This document shows positions 40,300 through 50,906 of a stretch of DNA of 64,000 nt, piece by piece. Position 1 is the stretch's first letter, and each line of letters opens with the position of its first letter. The DNA lies in assembly GCA_963681965.1 (NCBI GenBank), contig OY820579.1, positions 2,080,001-2,144,000 on the forward strand. The letters are read 5' to 3'. The stretch comes from a bacterium (lineage in GTDB: Bacteria > Electryoneota > JAOADG01). The notes under the pieces were generated by a model. The model was given only the letters and a program-made list of their open reading frames with translations. It had not been told where the DNA came from and did not search any database. The position numbers and the translations under genes are program-made.

Positions 40300-41058
40300 T
40301 CAAATCGTCTTCAGTTGTTCGGATACTTTGCCAAAGCGCCGCTCGCGCGTCTGAAACCATTCGACGGCGGCTGATAGCTCGTTTTTCCGAAAATCGGGCC
40401 AATGTACGTCGGTGACGAAAATCTCCGCATACGCGATTTGCCATAACAGGAAGTTCGAGACCCGCATTTCGCCCGAAGTGCGAATTAATAAATCGGGGTC
40501 GGGGAGACCAGTGGTCATCAATGCACTGCTAAAATCTTCTTCCGTTACTGCTTGTACGTCCGACTGGATCAATTTGTTCACGGCAGCCACAATCTCGGCT
40601 CGACCGCTGTAGTTTATCGCGAGATTTAAAGTAATTCCGGTATTATGTTTGGTTTCCTCGATCGCTCGAAGCATTTCAAGGCGAGCGCTATCGGGCAATG
40701 CGGATAGATTGCCGATCGTTCTGACTCGAACATTATTACGCTTCAAGTCTTCAATTTCGCGATTCATCGCGGTAACCATCAAACTCCAAAGCGCACTGAT
40801 TTCGGCGCGCGGACGTTTCCAATTTTCAGTTGAGAAAGTATAAAACGTCATAACTTCGATGCCAAGATCGTTTCCCGCTTCGATCATGGCACGAACCGAG
40901 GCAACCCCTTCCCGATGTCCTGCAATACGAGGCAAACCGCGTCGCTTTGCCCATCGCCCGTTTCCGTCCATGATAAAAGCGATATGACGGGGGATCGATA
41001 GTCGCTGCAACGCGGTTACTTTGGCTTGCCATTCGGCTTTGGAAAGAGATTTACTCAC
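40300..41058 (-). CDS. uppS: Undecaprenyl diphosphate synthase
   Basis: HIAFIMDGNGRWA, FSTENWKRP, IRTSGE.R.SNFLLWQ. Confidence 0.96.
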   Translation of the reverse strand: MSKSLSKAEWQAKVTALQRLSIPRHIAFIMDGNGRWAKRRGLPRIAGHREGVASVRAMIEAGNDLGIEVMTFYTFSTENWKRPRAEISALWSLMVTAMNREIEDLKRNNVRVRTIGNLSALPDSARLEMLRAIEETKHNTGITLNLAINYSGRAEIVAAVNKLIQSDVQAVTEEDFSSALMTTGLPDPDLLIRTSGEMRVSNFLLWQIAYAEIFVTDVHWPDFRKNELSAAVEWFQTRERRFGKVSEQLKTI

Positions 41059-42286
41059 CGAAGCCGCGTTTCTTCATCTCTTCTTGGACGGCAGTTAAGC
41101 GCTTTTGTAATTCGGCGCGTTTCGCTGCGTCTTTCTTCTCATCAAGCACAAGAAATTGATTGGCAATCGCACCAGTCAATGTGACCCAAGCCGACTTATT
41201 GTCGCTCTTTACTACGAGGTACGCCTGTAACAGTTTCTCGGCTTCGACGAAGTCTTTCTTCTGAAATTTCGTTAGTGCCAATACATATTTTGTGTCGACG
41301 ATTAAATCGGTGTCGGCAGTTTCAATCTTCAATACGTTCATTAGTGCAGATTCGGCTTTCTCGTATTCGTTTGCCGAAAAATAACGCTGACCCAGATTGA
41401 ACCACAAGACACTGTTCTGGGAATCGACTTTTAATGCCTGTTCGTAACATTCCGCAGCTTCTTTTTTTCGATCTAGTCGGTCGAGGCAGATCGCTTTATT
41501 GGCAATCGATTGGTTGCGGATGTTGATGTAACTCTCTAGACGGGCAGAATCGGCTTCGCTGCGCGGATTTGCCGGAGCCGGGATCGCTAACACAGTATTA
41601 TATCCGTTCAGAGCGTCCGTCCATTTTTCATTGCTATAGAAATAATTTGCAATACCGGCGCGCGAAAGAAAGTCCATTTTATCTTTATCTTCCGCCGCAA
41701 TTGCACGATGGAACCAACTTAATGCTTCTTCACTATTTGCATTCTGTTGGAGGAGCACTTCGCCGATTAATCGTGCCGGATCTTTATGACTGCTCTTGAT
41801 ACTGTCGACAGACCATGCCAATTTGAATGCGTTGATGGCGTCGTTCCATTTCTTTGCTTTGAATGGCGAAACACCACTATTGAAGTATTCAATCCAGTGC
41901 GCTTCGCGAAGGGTATCGAGAACCCCGGCATATGTATTGCTACTCTGGATGCAAAAGTTGATTTCGGAATTGAGTTGAGTGAACTTGTCGATGCGTTTTT
42001 CCAACAATTCCGCGATTAACTTCTGGTCTTTTTCTTTGGCGGATTGCGCTTTTTTCGCCTGAGTGTTCAATGCGACAATTTCGTTGTCGGTCATCTTAAC
42101 CAGCATATAATACGCTTCGGCTTTGGTCGAACCGGACAGCAACGGTAAGTTTTCATTGATGACACGACGGGCGTTTGCCGGGTCGTTTTGTTGCAAGTAG
42201 ATCTCAGCGGAGCGGATGGTCGAATTTCCGCAACCCATTGCAGCAAGCAAAGCAAAGATGGCTATGCAATAGATACACTTTTTCAC
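41051..42286 (-). CDS. TPR-repeat lipoprotein
   Basis: Lipobox AMGC, helical TPR-like repeats. Confidence 0.7.
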   Translation of the reverse strand: MKKCIYCIAIFALLAAMGCGNSTIRSAEIYLQQNDPANARRVINENLPLLSGSTKAEAYYMLVKMTDNEIVALNTQAKKAQSAKEKDQKLIAELLEKRIDKFTQLNSEINFCIQSSNTYAGVLDTLREAHWIEYFNSGVSPFKAKKWNDAINAFKLAWSVDSIKSSHKDPARLIGEVLLQQNANSEEALSWFHRAIAAEDKDKMDFLSRAGIANYFYSNEKWTDALNGYNTVLAIPAPANPRSEADSARLESYINIRNQSIANKAICLDRLDRKKEAAECYEQALKVDSQNSVLWFNLGQRYFSANEYEKAESALMNVLKIETADTDLIVDTKYVLALTKFQKKDFVEAEKLLQAYLVVKSDNKSAWVTLTGAIANQFLVLDEKKDAAKRAELQKRLTAVQEEMKKRGFGE

Positions 42287-42321
42287 GATTTCATCTCCTA
42301 TCGGATAACTTAGTCCGGTGC

Positions 42322-43353
42322 TTACCGGATCGAAACAGTGGTAAATCGATCGTGTTCGAAATAACCGCGATCGGTGATATAACCGGTCACCCAGTCGTTG
42401 GGCGTAACGTCAAATGCCGGATTCCAGACTGCTGGTTGTTGCAGTTCGGGAAACCGGGTAGCCTGTAATACTTCGGTCGAGTGTCGTAGCTCGATCGGAA
42501 TTAAGTTCCCATTCGCCATTTCCGGGTCGATCGTTGACCACGGGAATGCCGTATAAAACTTCACACCAGCGTGTTTTGCCATCCCGGCGAGACCACAAGT
42601 GCCGATTTTATTCGCAAAATCGCCATTCACCGTGACCCGGTCGGCACCAACGACGATTGCATCGAGTCGGGTGGTCCGGATGAGCGAAGCTGCAGCAGTG
42701 TCCGGAATAAGCGTTACCGGGATACCCCATTGCTGTAATTCCCACACCGTCAGTCGAGCACCTTGTCGCAATGGACCAGTTTCGGTCGCAAATACCTGAA
42801 GTGCTTTGCCCTGTTCTTTCACGGCATACAGGATGATACCCAAAGCTGTACCAATACCGCCAGTAGCAAGTGGTCCGGTATTGCAATGAGTCAGTACTGT
42901 ACCATTAGACGGCAGAAGATCGGCACCGTTGCGCGCAATCGACCAACAAGCCTCGATTTCGTATCGATGTAGCGCGATCGCTTCCTGTAATGCTATTTCG
43001 AAAGCGTTCTCGTCCGAATGCGCTGCGATCTTTATTAATAGCCGGTCGATAGCATTCATCAAATTTACTGCTGTCGGGCGTACTTGAGCAATTTGCCGAA
43101 TCCGACCTAATTGGTCGGAGGTAAGTTCTTTACAGTGCAGGTTCGACCACGGTCGAAGCGCTAGAGCAGCAGCGTAAAGTGCTGCAATTCCAATCAGTGG
43201 TGCCCCGCGGATTGCCAAAGTCTTGATTGCCGCTTCGATTTCTTCGACGCGATCACTCTGCCGATAGCACAGTTCCGTCGGTAAAAGCGTCTGATCGATC
43301 CAGCGTACTTTTCCATCACGCCATTCGATCGGTTGATACGTCGGTTCGATCAC
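42322..43353 (-). CDS. mtnA: Methylthioribose-1-phosphate isomerase
   Basis: IRGAPLIG, RPTAVNL, LTHCNTG.LAT, GARLT.WEL, ANKIGT, NPAFDVTP. Confidence 0.9.
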   Translation of the reverse strand: MIEPTYQPIEWRDGKVRWIDQTLLPTELCYRQSDRVEEIEAAIKTLAIRGAPLIGIAALYAAALALRPWSNLHCKELTSDQLGRIRQIAQVRPTAVNLMNAIDRLLIKIAAHSDENAFEIALQEAIALHRYEIEACWSIARNGADLLPSNGTVLTHCNTGPLATGGIGTALGIILYAVKEQGKALQVFATETGPLRQGARLTVWELQQWGIPVTLIPDTAAASLIRTTRLDAIVVGADRVTVNGDFANKIGTCGLAGMAKHAGVKFYTAFPWSTIDPEMANGNLIPIELRHSTEVLQATRFPELQQPAVWNPAFDVTPNDWVTGYITDRGYFEHDRFTTVSIR

Positions 43354-44264
43354 GGAACGCGTACTGCCTCGATCAGCTTTGCTTCTGACGCAGCTAACTC
43401 TTCCGGAGTTACTGTAACCAAACGATCCAGTCCGAAGGCTTGAACCGTGAAGCTCGCTACCACTGTTCCGGATATGAGCGCGCGCCGGAATGCCGTATTG
43501 TCAAGCGTTCCTTCCATCGCCAACCGACCCATAAAACCACCACCAAACGAATCGCCGGCGCCGGTTGGATCGATCACTTCCTCGATCGGCAGGGCGGGGA
43601 GGGCGAAGTAATCGCCATTCGAGTGGTACATCGTCGCGCCATGTTCGCCGCGCTTGACAATCACCAGTTGCGGACCCCACTCATACAACTTCTTGACCGC
43701 TTTCGGAATGCTCATGATCCCGGTCAATTGCCGGATTTCTTCGTCGTTCAGTACAATTGCATCGACTTTTGCAATTACCTTTCGCAACCCTTCCAATCGA
43801 ATATTGATCCAAAGATTCATCGTATCGAGGACCACGAATTTCGGGCGTTCGATCTGTTCCAGCACCATCAACTGCAATTCGGGAAGAATATTACCCAGAA
43901 ATAGTAGATCGGAGTTTTTCAAATGATCGGGAATCTTCGGTTCGAAGGTTTCGAAGGAATTGAGTTCGGTGAACAGCGTTTCGCGTTTCAGAAAATCTTT
44001 GTCGTAGCGACCGCCCCAGCGGAAGGTAAGCCCCTCGGAAATTTCTAAACCGGATAGATCGGCTTTGCGTTTTGCGAGGAATTCCAATTTCCGGTGTGGA
44101 AAATCTTTGCCGACGATCGAAACGATCGATACCGGTGCGAACAGCGAGGCACCGGCAGCAAAGTATAACGACGATCCACCGACACAATCGTCGGCTCTTC
44201 CGGTAGCGGTTTCGATTGTATCGAGTGCCGCGGATCCTACTACTACAATCGAGTTCATACTCAA
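43350..44264 (-). CDS. PfkB family carbohydrate kinase
   Basis: VGGS, DPTGAGDSFGGG. Confidence 0.9.
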   Translation of the reverse strand: MSMNSIVVVGSAALDTIETATGRADDCVGGSSLYFAAGASLFAPVSIVSIVGKDFPHRKLEFLAKRKADLSGLEISEGLTFRWGGRYDKDFLKRETLFTELNSFETFEPKIPDHLKNSDLLFLGNILPELQLMVLEQIERPKFVVLDTMNLWINIRLEGLRKVIAKVDAIVLNDEEIRQLTGIMSIPKAVKKLYEWGPQLVIVKRGEHGATMYHSNGDYFALPALPIEEVIDPTGAGDSFGGGFMGRLAMEGTLDNTAFRRALISGTVVASFTVQAFGLDRLVTVTPEELAASEAKLIEAVRVP

Positions 44265-44283
44265 TTCCTATAGTGGTTGTAAA

Positions 44284-45939
44284 CTACATCTGTTCTGGAG
44301 CGTTAATGCCTAGTAAATCCAAACCATCTGCGAGAATTTTCTTCACGGAAAGCAACAGCAATACCCGTGCAGACATTAAATCCCGTTCTTGTCCCAGTAC
44401 CCGGTGATGATGATAAAACTTGTGAAATACACCCGCCAGTTCCGTTAAATATCCCGTCAGATTATTCGGATCGAGTGCCTGTACGCAGCGATCCAGTACG
44501 ATCGGATATTCCATTAATTTCCGAATCACGGCTCGGGTTTCATCTTCCGATAACAATTCGATGAAGCGATCCTGCCAAACGTAATCCGCCTCGGACCCAG
44601 CCTGTAACTGTCGTAAAATCGAACAGATCCGCGCGTGCGCATATTGCACGTAGAATGCCGGATTCTCTTCACTCTGCTGCTTTGCCAATTCCTGATCGAA
44701 ATCGAGCGGTGTCGAGAATTTTCGCTGCAAAAAGAAGTAGCGTGCTACATCGACCGCGGTTGCGTTATCGCCTAATTCTTCGAGCAAATCTTCCAGCGTA
44801 ACCAATTCGCCGGCACGCTTCGACATCTTCACCGCTTCACCGCCGCGCATCAAATTCACTTGCTGGATCAATCGGATTTCGTGAAAGTCGTCCGGGATGT
44901 CGAGCATCCGCAATGCCGCTTTCATCCGTGCGATCGAGCCGTGATGATCGGGACCGAGGAAGTTGATCGAGCGGTTGAAACCGCGATTGTACTTGTCGAG
45001 ATGATAGGCGATATCGGGCAGAAAATAGGTCGGTCGACCTTGCGAGGTTACCACGACACGGTCTTTGTCGTCCAAGCCATCGGCAGTTGTGCGAAGAAAT
45101 TGTGCACCGTCCTGCTCGTAGACATATCCTTTTGTACGAAGCGTTTCGAGCGTAGTCCACTCTGCTTTCGCTTTTCGCAGCGTCGTCTCTTTGAACCAGT
45201 GCTGATAGTTGACGCGATATTTTTCCAGTGTATTTCGGGCAGCGGCAACCATCTGATCGATCGCCCAGTTGCCGATACTTTCCGGATCAGTGTCGGATAA
45301 TCCTTCGGCAATCGCTTTCTTCGCCAGATCGACGACATAACTTCCGCGATACCCTTCTTCGGGAATTTCCGCCGCTTCACCGCGCTCCTGCTTCATTCGC
45401 GCGACAACCGATTCACCGAACAGACGCACTTGATTGCCCGCATCGTTGATGTAATATTCGCGGTGCGCAACTTGCCCCTGCGATTCGATGATCCGCGCGA
45501 GTGCATCGCCAATCGCCGCCGCGCGCGCCGAAACGATATTCAACGGACCAGTCGGATTTGCCGAAACGAATTCCAGCAACCACCGTTTACAATTTTCAGT
45601 TTGAGGTAGATGTCCGAACGGGAGTTCGTGTTCAAGGATAGAATGGAGAATTCCGGCGAAGGCGTCTTGTCGCAAACGGAGATTGATAAATCCCGGACCG
45701 GCGACGGTGGCTTCGCTAAATATTTCGTCGGGAATATTCCAGGTTGCGATCAGTTCCGTTGCCAATTCGCGGGGATTTTTCTTGAGTGCTTTCGCCCACA
45801 CCATCGCCGCGTTGGTGGTTAGATCGCCGAATTTTTCTTCACGGGTTACTTCAATGGCAGCTTGGGTCGGATCCGATCCAAGTTGTGCTGCCGAGGCGGC
45901 GATACGTATGCGCAACGCTTCGCGGAAATCATTGATCAT
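44284..45939 (-). CDS. argS: Arginine--tRNA ligase
   Basis: GPGFIN, EFVSANPTGPL, EYYIND, KMSKR, YVQYAHAR. Confidence 0.95.
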   Translation of the reverse strand: MINDFREALRIRIAASAAQLGSDPTQAAIEVTREEKFGDLTTNAAMVWAKALKKNPRELATELIATWNIPDEIFSEATVAGPGFINLRLRQDAFAGILHSILEHELPFGHLPQTENCKRWLLEFVSANPTGPLNIVSARAAAIGDALARIIESQGQVAHREYYINDAGNQVRLFGESVVARMKQERGEAAEIPEEGYRGSYVVDLAKKAIAEGLSDTDPESIGNWAIDQMVAAARNTLEKYRVNYQHWFKETTLRKAKAEWTTLETLRTKGYVYEQDGAQFLRTTADGLDDKDRVVVTSQGRPTYFLPDIAYHLDKYNRGFNRSINFLGPDHHGSIARMKAALRMLDIPDDFHEIRLIQQVNLMRGGEAVKMSKRAGELVTLEDLLEELGDNATAVDVARYFFLQRKFSTPLDFDQELAKQQSEENPAFYVQYAHARICSILRQLQAGSEADYVWQDRFIELLSEDETRAVIRKLMEYPIVLDRCVQALDPNNLTGYLTELAGVFHKFYHHHRVLGQERDLMSARVLLLLSVKKILADGLDLLGINAPEQM

Positions 45940-46318
45940 CTTCGGAGGGATCGCTTTTCTTTCGTTTGATCGGTGTGACCGGAATTCGCGGGACATCGCC
46001 CCAGAGCTTTTCCAACTGATAGTAGCGGCGGGATTCCGGACGATAGATGTGAACCACCACATCGCCGTAATCGAGAATGACCCAAGAGAGATTCGTCATC
46101 CCTTCGCGCGACATCGGTCGACGGGGAACCTTGCTCTCGCGCATGGAACGTTCGACAAAATCGGCGAGCGAGCGAACGTGTTGATCGACCGTACCGGTTG
46201 CAATCACAAAAAAGTCCGCAATCTGCGGAACTTTTCGAAGATCCAGGATCGCAATATCGCCCCCTTGTTTTTCATCGATCAGAGTGGCGATTTTTCGAGC
46301 GAATGAGAGTGAAGTCAC
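45929..46318 (-). CDS. rsfS: Ribosome silencing factor
   Basis: ADFFVIATG, WVILDYGDVVVH, YQLEKLW. Confidence 0.95.
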   Translation of the reverse strand: MTSLSFARKIATLIDEKQGGDIAILDLRKVPQIADFFVIATGTVDQHVRSLADFVERSMRESKVPRRPMSREGMTNLSWVILDYGDVVVHIYRPESRRYYQLEKLWGDVPRIPVTPIKRKKSDPSEDDQ

Positions 46319-46436
46319 AATTCTCCATAATTGAATGACAAAAACAAACGGCAGTTTCGCTAAGCTTGTTCAATATAGTGAAAAGCTGCGGTCGCTGCCG
46401 GATATGTTTTGCGATACAAGACTTTTGTAAATCGAA

Positions 46437-46955
46437 TTAACGCTCCGTGCCCGGAACGCTATTTACCCCCGGAACGACGTCGAACATCCGGTCGTTATCC
46501 CAACCAAAATGGTCGAATCGGTCGGATCCGGTAGAATACAGGTTGCGCGAGAAGGTGGCGGAAATCCAGACATTTTGTTTCGGTTGCCAGTTGAAACCGA
46601 CCATACCGCAGGGAGTACCGCCGGTTTGACCGCCGGGAAGGGTATTCATCGCGGTTCCGCCGTACCCAACGGCACCAATCCATTGAAATTTCGGATTGAC
46701 CTGATATGTCATTGTATTCAAGTACAGCGCCGATAGCGAATTCCCCGAATTACTCGACGAGTACCCGGACGAAAAATTGTGATTCATCCGCAGTTTCGAC
46801 ACATCGAGCAATCCTGAATACTTCAATGGAATACCGAGCGTGACGGGAGTGACTCCGCCGAGGGTCGCATTCGAAGCCGGTTTGCGATATTGTGCAAACA
46901 CCGTTGTCGCAATTACCAGAAGTAACGCCAACAAAATCATGCCAACCCGTTTCAT
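46437..46955 (-). CDS. Hypothetical secreted protein
   Basis: Signal peptide, beta-rich mature region. Confidence 0.65.
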   Translation of the reverse strand: MKRVGMILLALLLVIATTVFAQYRKPASNATLGGVTPVTLGIPLKYSGLLDVSKLRMNHNFSSGYSSSNSGNSLSALYLNTMTYQVNPKFQWIGAVGYGGTAMNTLPGGQTGGTPCGMVGFNWQPKQNVWISATFSRNLYSTGSDRFDHFGWDNDRMFDVVPGVNSVPGTER

Positions 46956-46958
46956 GGT

Positions 46959-47717
46959 CTATTTCCTTAACAATCGCTCCGACTGGATTGCCTCGAGTGT
47001 GGCAAGCTGTTCGAGCGTGTTGACCCCTTCGACTTCATAGCTATCGTGTGTCTCGGTGGTGGCGACTTTCATTCCGGAATCGACTGCGGATTTAACCACA
47101 TCGGTCAGGTAATATTCACCCTGAGCATTGTCCGGCTTCAGTCGTGTTAACTCTTTCCACAACCATCGAGCCTGAAAAATATAGATGCCGCTGTTCACTT
47201 CGTCGACTGCGAGTTCATCGGGAGTGGCGTCTTTAGCTTCAACGATTTTTTTGATCTGTTGGTTCCCATCGCGGATGATCCTGCCGTATGCGCCCGGATT
47301 GGACGTACGGAAGGTCAACACCGACGCGACGGCGCCCGATTTCTCGTGTGCATACCGTAAGTTGCTGACAGTTTTCGACGAAAGCAATGGTACATCGCCG
47401 GATAAAACTAAAATGTCGCCCATGTAGCGATGATGAATTGATCGCTTCGCGGACAACACGGCGTCGCCGGTACCGCGTTGATCCCATTGCACTGCGAACC
47501 AGGCATCGGTCGAAGACATTTCCTGCATCACCTGCTGGCGTCCGTGTCCAACCACGATCACGATGCGTTCCGAACCGACTTGCAGGGCGGTGTCCCAAAC
47601 CCAGCGGATCAGCGGTTTGTTGTTCAATTTATGGAGAACTTTCGGCAGCGAAGACTTCATCCGTTTCCCTTCGCCTGCCGCCAAAATGATTGTTCGTAAA
47701 GGATTAGTAGAGATCAT
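46959..47717 (-). CDS. GlmU-like nucleotidyltransferase (N-terminal domain only)
   Basis: ILAAGEGKRMKS.LPKVLH, LSGDVPL, YGRI, NAQGEYYLTD, GVN; no hexapeptide domain. Confidence 0.85.
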   Translation of the reverse strand: MISTNPLRTIILAAGEGKRMKSSLPKVLHKLNNKPLIRWVWDTALQVGSERIVIVVGHGRQQVMQEMSSTDAWFAVQWDQRGTGDAVLSAKRSIHHRYMGDILVLSGDVPLLSSKTVSNLRYAHEKSGAVASVLTFRTSNPGAYGRIIRDGNQQIKKIVEAKDATPDELAVDEVNSGIYIFQARWLWKELTRLKPDNAQGEYYLTDVVKSAVDSGMKVATTETHDSYEVEGVNTLEQLATLEAIQSERLLRK

Positions 47718-47720
47718 AGT

Positions 47721-48575
47721 TTAATGTTTCAATTCTGCTGTAGACACATTATCGATCAATCGAGTGGTACCGAACCGAACTGCTCCTACCGCGCGGATCG
47801 CACGCGGCGGTGTGGGAGTGCCGAAAGTTTCATCGTCTACGAAGGTTAAATAATCGATTCGATCGGGAGAATATGCGGAAATTGTTTCATACATCTTGCG
47901 TTCTGCTGCCGCTACGGGATCCCCTCCCAGCAGTGATCGAAGTCCTGCATTCAAGCTAACATATAAACCGAGAGCACGGCTTCGTTCGTCAGGCGAAAGA
48001 TACCGGTTTCGTGAGGAACATGCAAGCCCGTCGGTTTCGCGAATGGTCGGTGCAATTTCAATTACCGTAGGAATTGCAAAGTCTTGCACGATATGTTTAA
48101 TAACAAAGCATTGTTGGGCGTCTTTCTGTCCGAATACCGCAACATCAGGTTGTACGATTCCAAAGAGACGGACGACGACGGTTGCCACTCCCTGAAAATG
48201 TCCGGGACGGAACGCCCCTTCCAGAATTGTTCCGACGGGACCGGGGTCGATGCTGCTGGATGCCCCTTTCGGGTAAATCTCCTCGACGGCGGGGGCGAAT
48301 ACCCAGTCGCACGGCACGTCGGACAGAGTGTGGAGGTCAGCATCCAGTGTCCGGGGGTATTTGTTGAAATCCTCGCCCGGCAGAAATTGGGTCGGATTGA
48401 CGAAAATCGATACTCCGACGTTGTCGCAGTGCTGTTTTGCGAATTCGACCAGCGAGCGGTGACCGATGTGCAACGCACCCATCGTCGGTACGAAACCGAT
48501 TTTCTGGTCTGTTTGCCGGACACCACCGAGATAGTGCCGCAATTCGGTGATCGTGTGGAAGAGTTTGGGTGTCAT
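47721..48575 (-). CDS. panC: Pantoate--beta-alanine ligase
   Basis: VPTMGALH.GH, FVNPTQF, RPGHF.GV, FGQKD, SSRN, RLIDN. Confidence 0.96.
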   Translation of the reverse strand: MTPKLFHTITELRHYLGGVRQTDQKIGFVPTMGALHIGHRSLVEFAKQHCDNVGVSIFVNPTQFLPGEDFNKYPRTLDADLHTLSDVPCDWVFAPAVEEIYPKGASSSIDPGPVGTILEGAFRPGHFQGVATVVVRLFGIVQPDVAVFGQKDAQQCFVIKHIVQDFAIPTVIEIAPTIRETDGLACSSRNRYLSPDERSRALGLYVSLNAGLRSLLGGDPVAAAERKMYETISAYSPDRIDYLTFVDDETFGTPTPPRAIRAVGAVRFGTTRLIDNVSTAELKH

Positions 48576-48722
48576 GAGACCTGTCGATTTTAACTAGGGA
48601 ATAATATAAGGGATTTCACTAAGCCATTGCCAAGATGAGTTCAAAATATAAGTTTAAAAAAAATCAGTAAGTTGGAACTCAATGAATAACTTAAATTCTT
48701 CAACAATAGTTGATTTAGACTT

Positions 48723-48751
48723 TTGAAAGATTAAATTAAGAGTGCGATAAT
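48723..48751 (+). promoter_or_regulatory. Putative promoter of the DUF4393-like gene
   Basis: TTGAAA-N17-GATAAT with TG extended -10. Confidence 0.5.
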
Positions 48752-49242
48752 TTTGGTATGCTTAATCATTGCCTGAATCGAATCTCTAAAAAAATTGGAG
48801 TTGAAAAATGGAAGAATCGTTAAAACCAAAAGATCTTCTTGAGGTGACTCAAGGTGTCTTGAAAGAAATTCCAGTCTATCAAGATTTGCTTCAACCTACT
48901 GTTAAAGAAGTAGGAAATGCATTATGTTCTGCAGTTAAATTAGCTCTTTTACCATTAAAAGGGTTGATTTGGGGTTATGATAAAATTGAAGATTATTTGA
49001 TGTCTTCGATCACGAAAAAGCTTGAGAAAGTTCCTCCAGAGAAGATTATTACTCCCGATCCGCATGTTGTTGGTCCTGCAATTGAAGCCTTGAAATATAC
49101 TGCTCAAAATCCAAATTTGCGTGAAATGTTTTCGAGCCTAATTGCATCTTCAATGGATCCATCAATGAGGTGGTACCCTCAGTTTGGACAGTTTTGTGCG
49201 AATCTTAGTTAGATTGCACCGCCCACTGTCTGCTGTTTCTTG

Positions 49243-50127
49243 TCAGGCAGCTGCCTGACAAGAAAGATTTCTTAGACTATCGGTGTAGACTTCATCTGGG
49301 GTTTGATAGCCCAAGCCTTGGTGCGAACGTTCGCTGTTGTAGAACGAAAAATACTCACCGATGCTACGCTCTGCAATGCGAACTGAATCGTACCCTTTCA
49401 AGTATACTTCCTCGTACTTCAACGACTTCCACAACCGTTCGACAAAACGGTTATCCATCCACCGACCTTTACCATCCATACTGATCCGAACGCCTGCCTC
49501 TTTCAAAACATCCGTAAATGCGATGCTGGTAAACTGACACCCTTGATCGCTGTTGAAGATCTCAGGCTTCCCATACTTCGACAACGCATCCTTCAATGCT
49601 TCCACACAGGAATGCGTATCCAGCGTATTCGAAAGTCGCCACGACAGTACTTTCCGGCTGTACCAATCGATCACCGCCACCAGATACACAAAACCCCGAG
49701 CCAATGGGATGTACGTGATATCGGTTGCCCACACTTGATTCGCCCGATCTACCACAATATCGCGAAGCAAGTACGGATAAATCTTGTGTTCCTTGTCAGG
49801 AACCGTCGTACGCGGCTTGCGGTACAATGCTTCCAGACCGAGGAGGCGCAGCAGGGAACGAACCTTTTTCCGTCCAACGTCGATGCCCTGCTTCGATAAC
49901 TCCACCACCAGTTTACGAGCACCGTAGAACGGAACTTTCAGATGAAGCTCATCCAATGTTCGCAACAGCATCAACTCGGTCGAATCAAGCGGAACCGGAC
50001 GATAGTAGAAACTGCTGCGTGGAATCTGGATCAAAGAACACTGCTGAACCACCGGCAAACTGGCACCAGGATCGATCAGCGCTTCACGCTCAGAACGCCC
50101 AAGCGACTGAGCCCCCGTGACAAAAAA
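49243..50127 (-). CDS. IS3 OrfB DDE transposase (entered by -1 frameshift)
   Basis: [34 protein letters not shown]; frame stays open up to the T6 run at 50122-50127. Confidence 0.9.
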   Translation of the reverse strand, partial: FFVTGAQSLGRSEREALIDPGASLPVVQQCSLIQIPRSSFYYRPVPLDSTELMLLRTLDELHLKVPFYGARKLVVELSKQGIDVGRKKVRSLLRLLGLEALYRKPRTTVPDKEHKIYPYLLRDIVVDRANQVWATDITYIPLARGFVYLVAVIDWYSRKVLSWRLSNTLDTHSCVEALKDALSKYGKPEIFNSDQGCQFTSIAFTDVLKEAGVRISMDGKGRWMDNRFVERLWKSLKYEEVYLKGYDSVRIAERSIGEYFSFYNSERSHQGLGYQTPDEVYTDSLRNLSCQAAA

Positions 50128-50378
50128 TCGTTCTCCATCGTTAACTGGCCAATCTTGGCGCGAAGCTCCTTAAGGTCTACTTCTTCACTTCCTGACGACT
50201 CGGTCTTGCCAAACACCGATGCAGCATGATCCAAAAGCTGCCTCTTCCACTGGCTGATCTGATTCGGATGAACCTGATACATACTCGCCAGTTCCGATAC
50301 CGTCTTTTCACCCTTGAGGGCTGCTAATGCTACCTTCGCCTTGAAATCAGGCGATAAGGTCCGTCGTAATCCCGACAT
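50076..50378 (-). CDS. IS3 OrfA
   Basis: FKAKVALAA...ELASMYQVHPNQISQWK HTH; [12 protein letters not shown]. Confidence 0.9.
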   Translation of the reverse strand: MSGLRRTLSPDFKAKVALAALKGEKTVSELASMYQVHPNQISQWKRQLLDHAASVFGKTESSGSEEVDLKELRAKIGQLTMENDFLSRGLSRLGVLSVKR

Positions 50379-50906
50379 TGTAAACTCCCTGCTTGCTGTC
50401 AAAATATCGGGCAAAGCAATCTAACTAACAAACTGTCCAGGAAAACGGGACCACTTCACAACTGCGGGATTAGTACATCCAGCATTTATAGATTTAATAA
50501 AAAATATGACTTCCGACGAAGCAAGAATATTAACAAGTTTTCGAGGAACAACACCATTTATTGAAGTTCGATTTAGAAAATTAGATTTATCTGATTATAG
50601 TTATAATGTGATCGAAAAATACTTTGGTTTTTCAGAACAAAAAGAAGTGTGTTTAAAAATTGAAAATTTTGATAGTTATTTAGATAATCTTTGTAGGATG
50701 CGCTTGATTGAAATTCCATTTGACAGTTCATTAGCCGATAAGACCGAATATGAAAGATTGAAAATTATCGCATATGAAAAGTATAATAACAATATACCTA
50801 TAGGAAAACGAGTAGATTATACAGATAAAATGCTATTAATCACTTCTTTTGGGAAGGACTTTTTAGCAGTTTGCATTCGCAATTGAAATAATTTCACCGA
50901 GATCAT

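Larger units (their letters stand above)
49166..50458 (-). mobile_element. IS3-family insertion sequence, 1293 bp
   Basis: Ends TGAGGTGGTACC...TGGACAGTTT / TGAAGTGGTCCC...TGGACAGTTT (revcomp); CAA target duplication at 49163-49165 and 50459-50461. Confidence 0.93.
48808..50886 (+). pseudogene. DUF4393/Abi-alpha-like gene interrupted by IS3
   Basis: Joining 48808-49165 to 50462-50886 gives one 260-aa frame with ...LREMFSSLIASSMDPSTAGLVHPAFIDLIKNMTSDEARIL...ITSFGKDFL. Confidence 0.82.

Noticed and set aside
48808-49212. Two separate genes at 48808-49212 and 50506-50886
   Set aside because: They are halves of one gene; the RWYPQ... tail is read-through into the IS end
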